Assembly: GCA_963762055.1 (NCBI GenBank) | Contig: CAVXJF010000012.1 | Span: forward strand, 47,695-111,694 | Source: Vicinamibacterales bacterium | GTDB taxonomy: Bacteria; Acidobacteriota; Vicinamibacteria; Vicinamibacterales; JAMQPK01 | Reading direction: 5' to 3' | DNA length: 64,000 nucleotides | The notes under the pieces: generated by a model | What the model saw: only the letters and a program-made list of their open reading frames with translations | Databases searched by the model: none | Told to the model about the DNA's origin: nothing | In this document: piece by piece, positions 1 to 11,170 of the stretch | How positions within the stretch are numbered: the first letter of the stretch is position 1 | Layout: each line of letters opens with the position of its first letter | Program-made: the position numbers and the translations under genes

Positions 1-909
1 GTTGCCGAACATCTGTCCAAGTGGTACGGACAGGTGATCGGGTTGAACGACATTACGCTGACCGTCGGTCCCGGCGTAACCGGGCTGCTCGGCCCGAATG
101 GCGCCGGCAAGTCCACGCTGCTGAAGCTGATTACCGGGCAGCTCAAGCCGAGCAAGGGCGGAGTGAAGATATTCGGCGAAGCTGTGTGGGGCAATCCCCG
201 CATCTTTCGCCGCATGGGCTTGTGTCCCGAGCAGGATGCGTTTTACGACCGCATGACGGGCCGCGAATGGGTGACCGCCCTGGTCCGTCTCCACGGCTAT
301 GGCGAGCGCGAAGCCGCCGGCATCGCGATGTCGGCGCTGGAAAACGTCGATCTGAAAGACGCGGCGGACAAACGGATTGGCGCCTACAGCAAGGGCATGC
401 GCCAGCGCGTCAAGCTCGCGCAGGCGATCGCGCATGAGCCGGAGCTCCTGATCCTCGACGAACCGCTGTCGGGCATGGACCCGCTCGCGCGGCGCAAGAC
501 GATCAAGCTCCTGCGCAACTGGGCAGCCATGGGCCGGCACGTCATCGTGTCGAGCCACGTGCTCCACGAAGTGGAAGCCCTCACGTCGAACATCATTCTC
601 ATGCACCACGGCCGCGTCCTCGCTGAAGGCAACGTGCATCAGATTCGGGATTTGATCGACGAACATCCGCACACCGTATGCCTGCGATCGAAGCACCCTC
701 GGGCCCTGGCGACGGCAATCGTCGCCAACGAAGACGTGCTTGGCGTTCGATTCGAGGAAGATGCGGTGTTCGTGCAGACGACGAAGCCCGATCAGTTCTA
801 CGCGCGGATCACCGAAATGGCGTCGCGGGACGGATCGGGTGATATCTACGAAATCACGTCGCCCGACGACAATCTCCAGGCCGTCTTCGAATATCTGGTG
901 AAATCATGA
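1..909 (+). CDS. ABC transporter ATP-binding protein (5'-truncated by window edge)
   Basis: Frame open from base 1 (VAEHLSKWYGQVIGLNDI); Walker A GPNGAGKST, signature YSKGMRQR, Walker B LLILDEP, H-loop SSH. Confidence 0.95.
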   Translation, partial: VAEHLSKWYGQVIGLNDITLTVGPGVTGLLGPNGAGKSTLLKLITGQLKPSKGGVKIFGEAVWGNPRIFRRMGLCPEQDAFYDRMTGREWVTALVRLHGYGEREAAGIAMSALENVDLKDAADKRIGAYSKGMRQRVKLAQAIAHEPELLILDEPLSGMDPLARRKTIKLLRNWAAMGRHVIVSSHVLHEVEALTSNIILMHHGRVLAEGNVHQIRDLIDEHPHTVCLRSKHPRALATAIVANEDVLGVRFEEDAVFVQTTKPDQFYARITEMASRDGSGDIYEITSPDDNLQAVFEYLVKS

Positions 910-1721
910 GCGCCTGGAACAGTGTCCTCCGGGTGTTCGATATCTCCTTCAACCAGATGTTGTGGTCGCGCCGGACGGTTTTCATGGCCCTGGCCACAGG
1001 CGCGCCGGTCGTCATCGCCATCGTGCTGCGCGTCATCCACGAGCTCGGGATGTCGTCATTCAGAGTGAATGGCGTGCCGGTTCCGGGCCCCGTCATTTTC
1101 GGCGGCATGATCTGGCTGCTTTATCTGAGATTTGTCGTCCCGGTGCTGGGTGCGTTCTATGGGACTTCCCTGATTTCCGACGAAGTCGAGGACCGCACGA
1201 TCACCTATCTCTTCACCCGGCCGATCCGGCGGGGCTCGGTCATCATCGGCAAATATCTCGCGTATCTCGCCTGCACGGTCCTCGTGGTGCTGCCGTCGGT
1301 GACGGCCGTCTATCTACTGCTCACGCCGCTGGCCGGAGGAAGCATCGGCGGGACTTTTCCTCAGCTGCTCACCGATCTTGGACTGCTTGCGCTTGGCCTG
1401 GCCGTGTACGGGGCGGTGTTCGCTCTGATCGGCGCGCTCGTGCCGCGCCCCCTGGTGGCGGGGTTGATTCTCATATTCGGATGGGAGCAGGTCGCCCTGG
1501 TCGTGCCAGGCTATCTGCGCCGCTTCACGGTTGCGCACTACCTCCAGGCGCTCGTGCCCCACGCCATGCCGCAGGACAGCACGGTTGCGGCCATCCAGAC
1601 GCTGTTTGCCGAGCCGCCGTCTGTCCCGTCGAGCCTCGCATCGCTCGCGGCGATCATGGCCGTCGCGCTGTGGCTGGCGGCCCGGACAGTTGAGCGGCGG
1701 GAATACGTCCTGGACCAATAG
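906..1721 (+). CDS. ABC-2 type transporter permease
   Basis: About 6 hydrophobic segments, motif ISDEVEDRTITYLFTRPIRRGSVIIGK; ATGA overlap with ATPase stop. Confidence 0.9.
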   Translation: MSAWNSVLRVFDISFNQMLWSRRTVFMALATGAPVVIAIVLRVIHELGMSSFRVNGVPVPGPVIFGGMIWLLYLRFVVPVLGAFYGTSLISDEVEDRTITYLFTRPIRRGSVIIGKYLAYLACTVLVVLPSVTAVYLLLTPLAGGSIGGTFPQLLTDLGLLALGLAVYGAVFALIGALVPRPLVAGLILIFGWEQVALVVPGYLRRFTVAHYLQALVPHAMPQDSTVAAIQTLFAEPPSVPSSLASLAAIMAVALWLAARTVERREYVLDQ

Positions 1722-1771
1722 GATTCGTGGAACTCGCCCATTCATGCGTTCGTCTACTTCAATACCTGACC

Positions 1772-2797
1772 ATGACCAGAAAAACCCGGTATTTCGTCGT
1801 CGGCGCTGCGGCGGTATTGATTGTTGGGCTCGGGGGCGGGTTGGTGGCCTACCTGAGCTATACGCGCGGCGCGGCGCTGCCAGACGGGGTTCCGGCGGAA
1901 GTCCGATACGTCCCGGCGAACGTCGAGTTGATCGCTTACGCCGACGTCAGAGCGGTCATGAACTCGGAGCTGCGCAAGCAGCTCATGCCCATCCTCGAAG
2001 GCCGCTCCCACAAGGGACGCCAGATGATGACCGACTTCGCCGGCGTGGACCTCGAAAAGCAGGTTCACCACGTTCTGGCGTACGTGGAGCCATCCGATCC
2101 GGCTGAGGCGCAGGCGGACCGGAATTCCGAAATGCCCCCGGCAGCCATCCTGGTCAACGGCAGCTTTGATTTCGCTCGAATCGAGCAAGCCGTCCGCGAG
2201 CGATCAGGTGAGCTCAGCGAGTACAAGGGACGGAAACTCCTCGTTCACCGCCACGGCGCCGAGGCTGTTGCGGTCGGCTTTGTCGCGCCCGAACTGATCG
2301 CCCTGGGTCGGGAAGATGCCGTCCGCCGCATCATCGACCTGTCGGTAGAGACACCGCGCGGCGCAAGTAACATCACCGGCAACCAGGAAATGATGCAGCT
2401 GATCCGCGACGCAGCGGGCAGCACGGCGTGGGTCGTCGGCCACTTCGATGCCGTCCGCAAGCGCTTGAAGCTTCCCGCGGAAGTGGGCAGCAAAGTGCCG
2501 CCTCTCCGCCTGGTGTCGGCCAAAGCGAACGTCAACGGCGGCATAAGAGCGACTGTCCGAGCGGAGGCCGGCGACGAGGCCGCGGCGCAGGAGCTTCGTG
2601 ATGCCGTGCGCGGCTTCGTCTCGCTTGCCCGCCTTCACAGTGGCGGCAAGGCCGGGTTCGACAGCACGCTCAAGTCGATCGAACTGTCAGGCACCGCCAA
2701 AACCGTGCAGCTGTCCTTTGCGATGTCCCCCGAAACGCTCCGCCTGATTGCCCCGCATCCCCCGGCCCCGCCGCCGGCGTCCCCGTCGCAGCCCTAA
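1772..2797 (+). CDS. Membrane-anchored hypothetical protein
   Basis: Long ORF; N-terminal MTRKTRYF plus hydrophobic anchor; Pro-rich C-tail; no family recognised with confidence. Confidence 0.75.
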   Translation: MTRKTRYFVVGAAAVLIVGLGGGLVAYLSYTRGAALPDGVPAEVRYVPANVELIAYADVRAVMNSELRKQLMPILEGRSHKGRQMMTDFAGVDLEKQVHHVLAYVEPSDPAEAQADRNSEMPPAAILVNGSFDFARIEQAVRERSGELSEYKGRKLLVHRHGAEAVAVGFVAPELIALGREDAVRRIIDLSVETPRGASNITGNQEMMQLIRDAAGSTAWVVGHFDAVRKRLKLPAEVGSKVPPLRLVSAKANVNGGIRATVRAEAGDEAAAQELRDAVRGFVSLARLHSGGKAGFDSTLKSIELSGTAKTVQLSFAMSPETLRLIAPHPPAPPPASPSQP

Positions 2798-2840
2798 ATT
2801 CACCGTGCTACACTCGGACTCGTTTCGTAGTACGTAGTAA

Positions 2841-2901
2841 TACGTAGCGTCCGGCTTCAGCCGGACTTCGCGACGTCCGCCTGAAGGCGGACACTACGTA
2901 C
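2841..2901. repeat. REP-like element, two inverted hairpin units
   Basis: GTCCGGC-TTCA-GCCGGAC (2849-2866) and GTCCGCC-TGAA-GGCGGAC (2875-2892), flanked by TACGTAGcG...CACTACGTA; near-identical element at 32736-32797. Confidence 0.9.
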
Positions 2902-2919
2902 GAGGGACGACGCAAGACC

Positions 2920-3321
2920 ATGTCAGACCGAGTGTTTTTCTACGGCACGCTGCGCACGGGCTTCAACCGGACCACGCGCGCGGGAATCGACGCCTTTCTC
3001 ACGTTCACCGGACGCGGCTGGATCAACGGAAAACTGTTCGATCTCGGGATCTATCCGGCGGCGGTGCCCGCAAGCGATGCGCGCGTCTGGGGAGAAGTGT
3101 TCGAGATTACGGATCCGCCGACGGTCCTTGCCGCCCTGGATCGCATCGAAGGGCATCGGCCCGCGGAGCCCGAGCGGAGCCTCTATAACCGCGTGCGCGT
3201 CGCGGCGACGCTCGATGACGGCACGACGGAAGAGGTGTGGGTGTATTTCTACAACGCCCCGCTCGGCCGGGCGCCGCGCATCACGTCAGGCGACTACATC
3301 GAACATCTCAAATCACGCTAG
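2920..3321 (+). CDS. Gamma-glutamylcyclotransferase family protein
   Basis: VFFYGTLR motif, VWGEVF, LDRIEG...LYNR, VWVYFYN. Confidence 0.9.
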   Translation: MSDRVFFYGTLRTGFNRTTRAGIDAFLTFTGRGWINGKLFDLGIYPAAVPASDARVWGEVFEITDPPTVLAALDRIEGHRPAEPERSLYNRVRVAATLDDGTTEEVWVYFYNAPLGRAPRITSGDYIEHLKSR

Positions 3322-3338
3322 CCGGCGCGCCGCAAGAC

Positions 3339-3390
3339 AAAAAAAAGGGGCGGAAGCTATTTGCCCCTCGCCCCTTACCCCTTGCCCCTT
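3339..3390 (-). terminator. Intrinsic terminator fused to G-rich heptamer array
   Basis: Minus strand GGGGCG...CGCCCC followed by a T-run; four C4 runs on + at 3364, 3371, 3378, 3385. Confidence 0.65.
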
Positions 3391-3405
3391 GTTACCGAGT
3401 CTGCG

Positions 3406-3790
3406 CTAGTTCAGCTGCAACGCGGCCGGCTGACTGAAGACGTCGTCCGGCGGGTCGAGCAATTCATCGTGCATCACTTCGTCTTCCTGTGTCACCGTGC
3501 ACGTCACAAGCGGAATGAGCTTCGTTTCGGGATCGATCTTCAGCATCGAGAGCACCTGGAACCCGTCGAGATCGTCGATATCGAGGCACACGATAATGAG
3601 ATGCGGTGTCAAACGCTTGATATGGGTATAGGCGTGTTCCGTCGACTCAACGAACACCACGTCGGTACTGCCCTGCGTCGAGCATGGTCTCCAGTAACCC
3701 GTTCAGTTGCGACTGCTTGCTGACCACAACAACCTGCTGTGACAGGGACTTCACCGTCCGCGGCGTTGTCGTTTCTGTGGTGGTTATCAT
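3406..3790 (-). CDS. Atypical stand-alone receiver-domain protein (one frameshift near 3660)
   Basis: RBS GAGAAGG before ATG 3790; QQVVVVSKQ...AGQY joins DVVFVES...PHLIIVCLDIDDLDGFQVLSMLKIDPETKLIPLV after removing one base (TAC-C-GAC). Confidence 0.7.
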
Positions 3791-4090
3791 GGTCCTTCTC
3801 CCGTCTCCTGACCCCATCTGATACAAGAACCAGGCCAAGTCCGCACGGTCAAAATTCGGCAGTAAAGCTCCAGTCAAATCAGCTATTTGACGAAATGCCG
3901 TCTGAGGTGCTGCAAAAAGGGGTCGTACAATCTCGCGCCGCTTCATGGCTCCTTCACGCAGCGGGTTCATGCCGATGGGCCGTCTGACTTTTGCCATGAC
4001 ACCATTCTCGCGAGCTTCATGCCCCCTGTCGTTGTCCTGCGTCAATGAGAGAAAAGTCTGCTGGTTTTCGCGGAGGCCAGGGTCGGGCAG

Positions 4091-4122
4091 AAAAAAGAGG
4101 GGAGCGATGTTCCGCTCCCCTC
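4091..4122 (-). terminator. Intrinsic terminator of TBDR 4147-7227
   Basis: Minus strand GAGGGGAGCG-gaacat-CGCTCCCCTC-TTTTTT, 25 nt after the stop. Confidence 0.9.
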
Positions 4123-4146
4123 CGACTTACCCGATCGAATCGAACC

Positions 4147-7100
4147 CTAGAACAGGAACTTCACCATGAAGTGACCCTGAGTACCTTCGTTCCAGAGGTC
4201 CGGCATGTTGTATCGCGGATCGTATCCGTTCACCGGACCGTTGGGCGACGCGTTGATCCGCGCACGATAGTCGTAGCCGTCGGCCAGATTGATCAGATGG
4301 AGATCCGCCGCGGCCGCGCCGCGGTTCCGGTTCAGCCCCACGAAGCGATGCCGAACCGTCTTCTGGTTGAACAGGTTGATCACGTTCAACTCGAAGCGGA
4401 TGCGATCGCTGCCCCGCATGCGGATCTCGTGCGACAGGAGGAGGTCGGTAAGCGCCAGGGCCGGCGTGCGGCCCATATCGCCCCGGCCTTCCGGAAACGC
4501 GATCGTGTGCAGAGTCCTCAGCTCGGTCGTCAGCGGCGTGCCGCTGCCGATGTACTGGTTGAGGCCGATCTGCGTGCCGAACGGCGTCATGTAGGCGCCG
4601 TAGACCTTGAACACATGCGGCCGGTCTGTGGCCAGGCGGCCCGTCACGTCGAGGTTGCCGTTGGCGTCCCACATCATCTCGTCGAGGTCGAACGCGCGGT
4701 TCGCACTGCCTCCAGGCCGCGCGGTGCCGGCGCCCTGCTGCTGGTCGACGGCGAACGAGCTGTTGCCCGGCGTGCGGATTTCGTCCGAGCTGGCAATGCC
4801 CGCGTAGTTCCCGTAGAGGCGGCTGAGCGTGTAGTTGCCGGCCAGGAACCAGTTGTTCGAGAAGCGGCGATTCAGGGAGACCTGAAGCGCGTCGTACACC
4901 CGCTTCGGCCGCGGAACGTTGAAGGGAGTGGTCGCGGTGGAGACGAATGCTGCTTCCACGAGCCCCTCACCGGGGTTGCCGTAGGTGTACACCTCGCTGC
5001 CGTCGATGAGCTGCCCGACGTCTTCGATCGTGCGGATCAGGTCGTTGTGGACGTAGTTGACGGCCAGGACCGTCGAGCGTCCCACCTGATACTCCACGCC
5101 GCCGCTGTAGCTGTCCTGGCTCATCGGCTTCATGTCCGGATCGAGCACGTCTTCGGTGAAGGCGGGAATACGCCAGTCGGTGTAGCCGAGCGCGGCGCCG
5201 AGCAGGTCGCGACCGGGCAGGTTGTTGATGTTGATCGACGAAAGCAACGCCGGATCGTCGAACGAACGGTAATACGTCTTCCAGAGGTCGCCGCCGAATG
5301 TGCCTCGTGCGAGCTCGTACTTCGTCCAGTCATAGTACCGGCCGTAGCTGCCGAACACTTTCATCCGGCCGTCGCCGAAGACGTCGTAGGCCGCGCCGAT
5401 CCGCGGCGCGAACTTCTCGCCCCAGCCGAATTCGATCGCGGTTTCCCGCTCTCTGAACGCCGGAATTTTTTCCTGTTCGAAACGGACGCCGAGGTTGAGC
5501 GTCAGGTTGCCCGCCGACCACTGATCCTGCATGTAGAAGTGGGCGATGTCTCCCTGCGTCTCGCCGAACGTGCCGAGGTCGTCGACTTCGTAGTAGCCGT
5601 AGGTGCCTGTGCTGGGAGCCACGCCAGGCACGCTGCTCTGGAACGTCTGTCCCCACCACACGCCGACGCGGCCGCCGGGGTAGCGCTTGTCGACGTCGTT
5701 GCTGTTGCGCCGCATGCCGGCGCCGGCCTTCAACGTATGGTATCCCGCTGCGGTGAACGCCGCGTTGTAGTCGGCCTGGAAATAGGTCTGCTTGGTTGTG
5801 TCGTGATCGACGATATTGACCGCCGGCGTGTTTGTGAAGTCGGTCGGCCCGGCGAACTGCGCCGGGACGTTCGGAGCCAGGCTGGACGGCGTGCGGTACC
5901 AGATTGGCGTCGTCAGCGGAAGGCCGATGTCCTTGTAGTTGTCGTAGAAGTGGCCGGCCTGCACTCGGACGAAGGACGAGCCGCTCACGTGGAGATCGAC
6001 GTTGCCGGTGAAGTTCCGTTGATCGATTTCGTAGCCACGCTCGAGGTTCACATTGTTCGCCGCCTTGGAGCTCGAGAGGTACTTCGGCCCGATGCCGTTG
6101 TAGGCCGGCAACGTGCCCTCCGACGTGGTCGGCGTCAGCAACATGCCGAAGTAGGCGTTCACCCGCCGGCTGCCGTAGCTCACTTTGCCGTAGGCGTTCA
6201 TTCTCGTCTGGTCGCGCGCGATTTCGCCCGCATCCGTGCCGCTCGAGAACAGATATTCGCGAGTCGTGCTCGCAAACCGCGGTGAGAGCGAACCGAAGAA
6301 GAACAGCTTGTCGCGCATGATCGGACCGCCGAGCGAGCCGCCGATCTCGTTGTGGTGATTTGGCTGCTTCGGCTCCTCCACCGTGAACACGGTGCGGTCG
6401 TCGATCGGCGAGATGACCAGGCGCGGCACCGGGCTGCCGCTCAGGCCGCTACCGAGGTAGTAGTAGTGCCCCTCGCCGGTGAAGCGGTTTCCTCCGGACT
6501 TCGTGACGGCGCTGATGACGCCGCCGAGAGCCCCGCCGAACTCAGCCGTGATGCCAACCGTCTTGACCTGCACTTCCTGCAGATACTCGAACACCGTGTC
6601 TTGCCGCGATTGTCCGTTCAGCAAGCTGTTGGTCGCCACGCCGTCGATGGTGAACTGATTTTCAGATCCGCTCGCGCCGTTGACCTGCAAGCCGCCTTCG
6701 ATTTCGCCCTGATTCACCGACGGTGCGGTGATCGCGACCGACTGGAAGCTGCGGCCCTTCGGCATGCGGTCGATTTCTTCCGACGTCACGTTGTGCGCGA
6801 TCATCGTGCTGCGCGTATCAACGAGCGGCGCGGACTCGGCCGTCACCTGCACGGCCTCCGAGACGGCTCCAACTTTGAGCGTCGCGTTGACGGTGAACGT
6901 GCGACCGAGCAGCGCTTCTACTTCCGGCATCTCCTGCCGGGCAAAGCCGCTCAGCTCGAACGCGACCTTGTAGCGGCCCGGATCAACCGTAGCCGTATAG
7001 TTGCCCGCACCGTCAGTCACGACCGAGTAAGTACGTCCGGACTGGATGCTTGTCAGTGTCACCGTAACGCCGGGCAACACAGCCGCCTGCGTGTCGGTGA

Positions 7101-7227
7101 CTTGTCCCGTGATGATTCCGAAGCGCTCCTGAGCCTGCACTATGTGTGCAGGGCCGAGCAGCATTCCGAGCGACAACAGGAAGCACAGCAACAATGAGGC
7201 TGCTGTTTCGCGTCGTCCCATATTCAT
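4147..7227 (-). CDS. TonB-dependent receptor, Oar-like, N-terminal carboxypeptidase regulatory-like domain
   Basis: Signal peptide, ITGQVTDTQAAVLPGVTVTL, plug [37 protein letters not shown]-terminal F. Confidence 0.93.
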   Translation of the reverse strand: MNMGRRETAASLLLCFLLSLGMLLGPAHIVQAQERFGIITGQVTDTQAAVLPGVTVTLTSIQSGRTYSVVTDGAGNYTATVDPGRYKVAFELSGFARQEMPEVEALLGRTFTVNATLKVGAVSEAVQVTAESAPLVDTRSTMIAHNVTSEEIDRMPKGRSFQSVAITAPSVNQGEIEGGLQVNGASGSENQFTIDGVATNSLLNGQSRQDTVFEYLQEVQVKTVGITAEFGGALGGVISAVTKSGGNRFTGEGHYYYLGSGLSGSPVPRLVISPIDDRTVFTVEEPKQPNHHNEIGGSLGGPIMRDKLFFFGSLSPRFASTTREYLFSSGTDAGEIARDQTRMNAYGKVSYGSRRVNAYFGMLLTPTTSEGTLPAYNGIGPKYLSSSKAANNVNLERGYEIDQRNFTGNVDLHVSGSSFVRVQAGHFYDNYKDIGLPLTTPIWYRTPSSLAPNVPAQFAGPTDFTNTPAVNIVDHDTTKQTYFQADYNAAFTAAGYHTLKAGAGMRRNSNDVDKRYPGGRVGVWWGQTFQSSVPGVAPSTGTYGYYEVDDLGTFGETQGDIAHFYMQDQWSAGNLTLNLGVRFEQEKIPAFRERETAIEFGWGEKFAPRIGAAYDVFGDGRMKVFGSYGRYYDWTKYELARGTFGGDLWKTYYRSFDDPALLSSININNLPGRDLLGAALGYTDWRIPAFTEDVLDPDMKPMSQDSYSGGVEYQVGRSTVLAVNYVHNDLIRTIEDVGQLIDGSEVYTYGNPGEGLVEAAFVSTATTPFNVPRPKRVYDALQVSLNRRFSNNWFLAGNYTLSRLYGNYAGIASSDEIRTPGNSSFAVDQQQGAGTARPGGSANRAFDLDEMMWDANGNLDVTGRLATDRPHVFKVYGAYMTPFGTQIGLNQYIGSGTPLTTELRTLHTIAFPEGRGDMGRTPALALTDLLLSHEIRMRGSDRIRFELNVINLFNQKTVRHRFVGLNRNRGAAAADLHLINLADGYDYRARINASPNGPVNGYDPRYNMPDLWNEGTQGHFMVKFLF

Positions 7228-7476
7228 AGCCTCTCCTTAGAAAATTGCCTGGCCGTCACTATTAACGTCCAGGCGTTTCCACTAGCCGGAACGATGCCAA
7301 CTGTGCCAAGGAGCTGAATATAGCAAATTGCTAACAATTTGAAGGGGCATCCCGATCAAATTGTATGTAGATTCAAATTATCGGATCAGTTGATCCTGAT
7401 TTTTGGAGTTGAGCTTCATCTGTCAGCTGCCGGACGGCAAATCCGTGCACGCTCAAGGAGTTCCGGTCATACAGGG

Positions 7477-10400
7477 ATGTCGGAAAAATCCGATAATACC
7501 GTCGTATGCACAAGCATCAATGCATCGCTGTGGCTGCTCGTCGCGACTCTGCTGAGCGGTGTTCAGACCGCATATGGTCAGTCGCCGACGGGCACGATTT
7601 CGGGCCGTGTGACGTCTTCCGATGGTCTTCCGCTCCCAGGTGTCCTTGTATCCGTCACCTCCGAAAGCGCGCCTGGCACGCGGACGACAGTGACGTCAGC
7701 GACCGGCGACTATCTGTTCGCGATGCTGCCGCCTGGTGCTTACACGCTCGCGTTCGTGCTCGATGGCTTCCAGTCGCTGCAGCGGACGCAAAACGTGGCG
7801 GGCACGAACAACGTGCTGCTCGACGTGACGATGTCTCCGGCAGGAGTGGCCGTCGCGGTGGATGTCGTCGCTGACGCGGAGCCCTTTGTCCGATCCGCGC
7901 AAGTCGCGACCAACTTCAAACACGACCTGATCGCCGCGCTTCCATCGAATCGCACGCTCGACGCGATGCTGCTGATGGCCCCCGCGGTCCATCCAACGGG
8001 ACCGCGCGGCGCTTACACGATTAACGGCTCGCAGTCGTATGAAAACCTCTGGATCGTCAACGGCGCGGTGATCAACGAAAACCTGCGTGGCCTGCCGATG
8101 ACGCCCTACATCGAAGACGCGATTCAGGAGGTCACGATCGCGACCTCGGGCGTGTCCGCTGAGTACGGACGATTTGCCGGCGGCGTCGCGACGGCTGTCA
8201 CGAAGTCGGGCGGCAACATCTTCAGCGGCTCGTTCCGCACCACGTTTGGCAACGACAGCTGGCGCTCCTTTACACCGTTCGAGTCGACCGAGCTCATCCT
8301 GAACCCTCAACGAAAGCCGTCCGATCTCAAGCTCGACAGCACCATTCCGACCTACGAGGTGACTGCCGGCGGTCCGATTCAGACAGATCGGTTGTGGTTC
8401 TTCGGCGCGATGCGCTCGCAGGTGCAGAAATCGCAGCGCACCACCGTCCAGACGAACATCCCGTATACGTTCACGAACGACGAGCAGCGGTACGAAGGGA
8501 AGCTGACTTACGCGCCACGCGCCGGCCACTCGCTGCAGGGCTCGTTCCTCAAGCTCAACCAGTTGCTCGACAACCAGAACAGCGGCAACGTCGCCGACCT
8601 GATCAGCCTCACCAGGCAGGGCCAGCCGCAAAGCCTCGTGTCGGCGCAATACACCGGCGTGTTGACGCCCAATTTTTCGATGTCGGCGCAATATTCCTCG
8701 CGTCAGCTCACCTTCACGGACGTGGGCGCGGGCACAACGGATCTGATCGACGGCACCCTCGTGCTCGATCTCGCGCGAAACGTGCGCTTCTGGAGCCCCA
8801 CGTTCTGCTCGGGCTCGGTCTGCGGCGACGGCAACGAACAGCGCGACAACCAGAATTTCGTCGTCAAGGGTTCGTACTTCCTGTCGAACGGCGCCAGGGG
8901 TACCCATCACGTGGCGTTTGGCTACGATTACTTCAACGACAACATTTTCGCCAACACCCACGCGTCGGGCAGCGACTACCGGCTGCGCGCCGGTTCGTCA
9001 ATCACTCGGGGCGATCGGATTTTCCCGACGTTGATGCCGAACGCGACGACGACGTTCGACTACACGCCGCTGGCCGGGCTCAGCGAAGGCTCGAACCTCC
9101 GCATGCATTCGTTGTTCGTCAACGACAACTGGCGGGTGAATGGAAAACTGACCCTGAACGTCGGCCTCCGCATGGACAAGAACGATGCGACAGACGGCGA
9201 CGGCGACCTCGTCGGGGACGACTTGTCCCTCAGCCCGCGCGTCTCCGCCGTGTGGGACCCCATCGGCGACGGACGGTGGGCGCTGAGCGGCGGCTTCGCG
9301 CGCTACACGATGGCGCTGACCAGCAACGTCGTGGCGTCAACGGCTGTCGGCGGCAACGCGGCGACGAGCCGCTGGGTTTACACCGGCGCGCCGATCAATG
9401 CCGATCCGAACGCTCCGACCGAGTCCCTGATGACGACCGACGCCGTGCTGAGGTCCGTCTTCGCGTGGCACGAGTCGCTCGGCGGAAATAATCGGGCGGC
9501 GTCCCTCTCGAACCTGCCGGGCGTCAACATGAAGATTGACGAGCCGCTCAGCTCCCCGTATTCGATGGAATATTCGACCGGGATCGCGCGAGCGCTCGGC
9601 GAGCGTGGCTCCGTTCGCGCCGACATCGTGTACCGCGACTTCCGCAACTTTTACGCCATTCGCACCGATCGCGAGACCGGGACCGTCACCGACGCGAAAG
9701 GCAACAGGTTCGATCTCAGCCTGGTTGAAAATACCGACCGCACCGAGCGCCAGTACGCCGGACTGACGACGCAGGCAACCTACGATTTCGGAGGGCGCGG
9801 TTCGGTGGGCGGGAACTACACGTTGTCGAGGGCCTGGGGCGATCTCGAGGGAGAGAACGCCAACGCGGGTCCGAGCGGCTCGTCCATTGGCAACTACCCG
9901 GAGTACCGCGTCGCATCGTGGAACTACCCGACTGGGGACTTGCTGATCGACCAGCGGCACCGCGCGCGGATGTGGGCCACCTACAACGTGCCGGTCTCGC
10001 CGGCCGCGGGCACCTTCTCCATTGGATTGCTACAGCAGTTTGCCTCCGGTGTTCCGTATCCGGCCGTGGCCATGATCAACCCGACGTCGTTCATGACCAA
10101 CCCGGGATACCTGACACCGCCGGCCGCAGTCGAGTACTACCTGCTCGGCAGGGACCCGTACCGGACCGAGGCGACGTTGAGAACCGACCTGTCGGTCAAC
10201 TATGGGTATCGCCTGGGACCGAGCGGCAGCTTCCATCCCGAACTGTTCTTCCACGGCGAGCTGCTGAACGTGTTCAACAGCTATCAGCTGTGCGGCTGCG
10301 GGGAGAACGTGTTCCGCAATGGTGGCATCACGGATCTCCTGACGATTGGATCGGGCGTCCAAATCATTGCACCGCAATTCAACCCGTACACGACCACGCC

Positions 10401-10506
10401 GGTGGAAGGCACGAACTGGCGGAAAACCAATCTCGGTCAGCCGCTGAACCGCTTCGCGTATACCACGCCGCGTCTCTTCAGGTTTTCGCTCGGCGTTCGC
10501 TTCTAA
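7477..10506 (+). CDS. TonB-dependent receptor, Oar-like
   Basis: [55 protein letters not shown]-terminal FSLGVRF; start uncertain (ATG 7477 preferred to TTG 7339). Confidence 0.92.
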   Translation: MSEKSDNTVVCTSINASLWLLVATLLSGVQTAYGQSPTGTISGRVTSSDGLPLPGVLVSVTSESAPGTRTTVTSATGDYLFAMLPPGAYTLAFVLDGFQSLQRTQNVAGTNNVLLDVTMSPAGVAVAVDVVADAEPFVRSAQVATNFKHDLIAALPSNRTLDAMLLMAPAVHPTGPRGAYTINGSQSYENLWIVNGAVINENLRGLPMTPYIEDAIQEVTIATSGVSAEYGRFAGGVATAVTKSGGNIFSGSFRTTFGNDSWRSFTPFESTELILNPQRKPSDLKLDSTIPTYEVTAGGPIQTDRLWFFGAMRSQVQKSQRTTVQTNIPYTFTNDEQRYEGKLTYAPRAGHSLQGSFLKLNQLLDNQNSGNVADLISLTRQGQPQSLVSAQYTGVLTPNFSMSAQYSSRQLTFTDVGAGTTDLIDGTLVLDLARNVRFWSPTFCSGSVCGDGNEQRDNQNFVVKGSYFLSNGARGTHHVAFGYDYFNDNIFANTHASGSDYRLRAGSSITRGDRIFPTLMPNATTTFDYTPLAGLSEGSNLRMHSLFVNDNWRVNGKLTLNVGLRMDKNDATDGDGDLVGDDLSLSPRVSAVWDPIGDGRWALSGGFARYTMALTSNVVASTAVGGNAATSRWVYTGAPINADPNAPTESLMTTDAVLRSVFAWHESLGGNNRAASLSNLPGVNMKIDEPLSSPYSMEYSTGIARALGERGSVRADIVYRDFRNFYAIRTDRETGTVTDAKGNRFDLSLVENTDRTERQYAGLTTQATYDFGGRGSVGGNYTLSRAWGDLEGENANAGPSGSSIGNYPEYRVASWNYPTGDLLIDQRHRARMWATYNVPVSPAAGTFSIGLLQQFASGVPYPAVAMINPTSFMTNPGYLTPPAAVEYYLLGRDPYRTEATLRTDLSVNYGYRLGPSGSFHPELFFHGELLNVFNSYQLCGCGENVFRNGGITDLLTIGSGVQIIAPQFNPYTTTPVEGTNWRKTNLGQPLNRFAYTTPRLFRFSLGVRF

Positions 10507-10519
10507 GCGTCGCCCGCAC

Positions 10520-10559
10520 GACTCCGCGACTCCCAGACTCCTGGACTCCCAGACTCCTG
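10520..10559. repeat. Five tandem GACTCCnn octamers
   Basis: GACTCC at 10520, 10528, 10536, 10544, 10552. Confidence 0.85.
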
Positions 10560-10570
10560 TACAATTCCGG

Positions 10571-11170
10571 GTGATGCAGGAGCTCATCAGGCAGCTCCTC
10601 GCGGAGCTGGGTGAGGATCCCAGCCGCGAGGGACTCCTCAATACGCCCAAACGCGTCGACAAAGCCCTCAGGTTCCTCACGAGCGGCTACGGCATGGACG
10701 TCGACGCCGTCCTCAACGACGCCTTGTTCACCGTCAATTACAGCGAGATGGTGATCGTCAAGGACATCGACTTCTATAGTCTCTGCGAGCACCACCTGCT
10801 GCCGTTTTTCGGCAAGTGTCACGTCGCGTATATTCCCAGCACGAAGGTGATCGGCCTCAGCAAGATCCCGCGGCTCGTCGATATCTTCAGCCGGCGTCTC
10901 CAGATTCAGGAACGGCTGTCGAGTCAGATTGCCGACACCATCCGCGAGAAGATCAATCCGCTCGGCGTGGCGGTTGTCATCGAGGCCACCCATCTGTGCA
11001 TGTCGATGCGCGGGGTCGAAAAGCAGAATTCGTTCTGCGTCACGAGCTCGATGCTCGGCGCGTTCCGCGACAACGCCCGCACCCGGATGGAGTTTCTCGA
11101 GTTGATCAAACTGCGGACGGCGCTGCGCACAACTGCGGCCGAACCGTTTGCTGCGTGCGTCGATGAGTAA
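10571..11170 (+). CDS. folE: GTP cyclohydrolase I
   Basis: [52 protein letters not shown]. Confidence 0.97.
   Translation: MMQELIRQLLAELGEDPSREGLLNTPKRVDKALRFLTSGYGMDVDAVLNDALFTVNYSEMVIVKDIDFYSLCEHHLLPFFGKCHVAYIPSTKVIGLSKIPRLVDIFSRRLQIQERLSSQIADTIREKINPLGVAVVIEATHLCMSMRGVEKQNSFCVTSSMLGAFRDNARTRMEFLELIKLRTALRTTAAEPFAACVDE

Noticed and set aside
3791-4045. Upstream part of ORF 3647-4045
   Set aside because: No protein-like features; strong RBS at ATG 3790; region is more likely promoter
4045-6285. 746-aa + strand ORF (also 16353-18776, 34861-36399, 53036-54322 and similar)
   Set aside because: Antisense shadows of well-supported genes in high-GC DNA; no recognisable motifs
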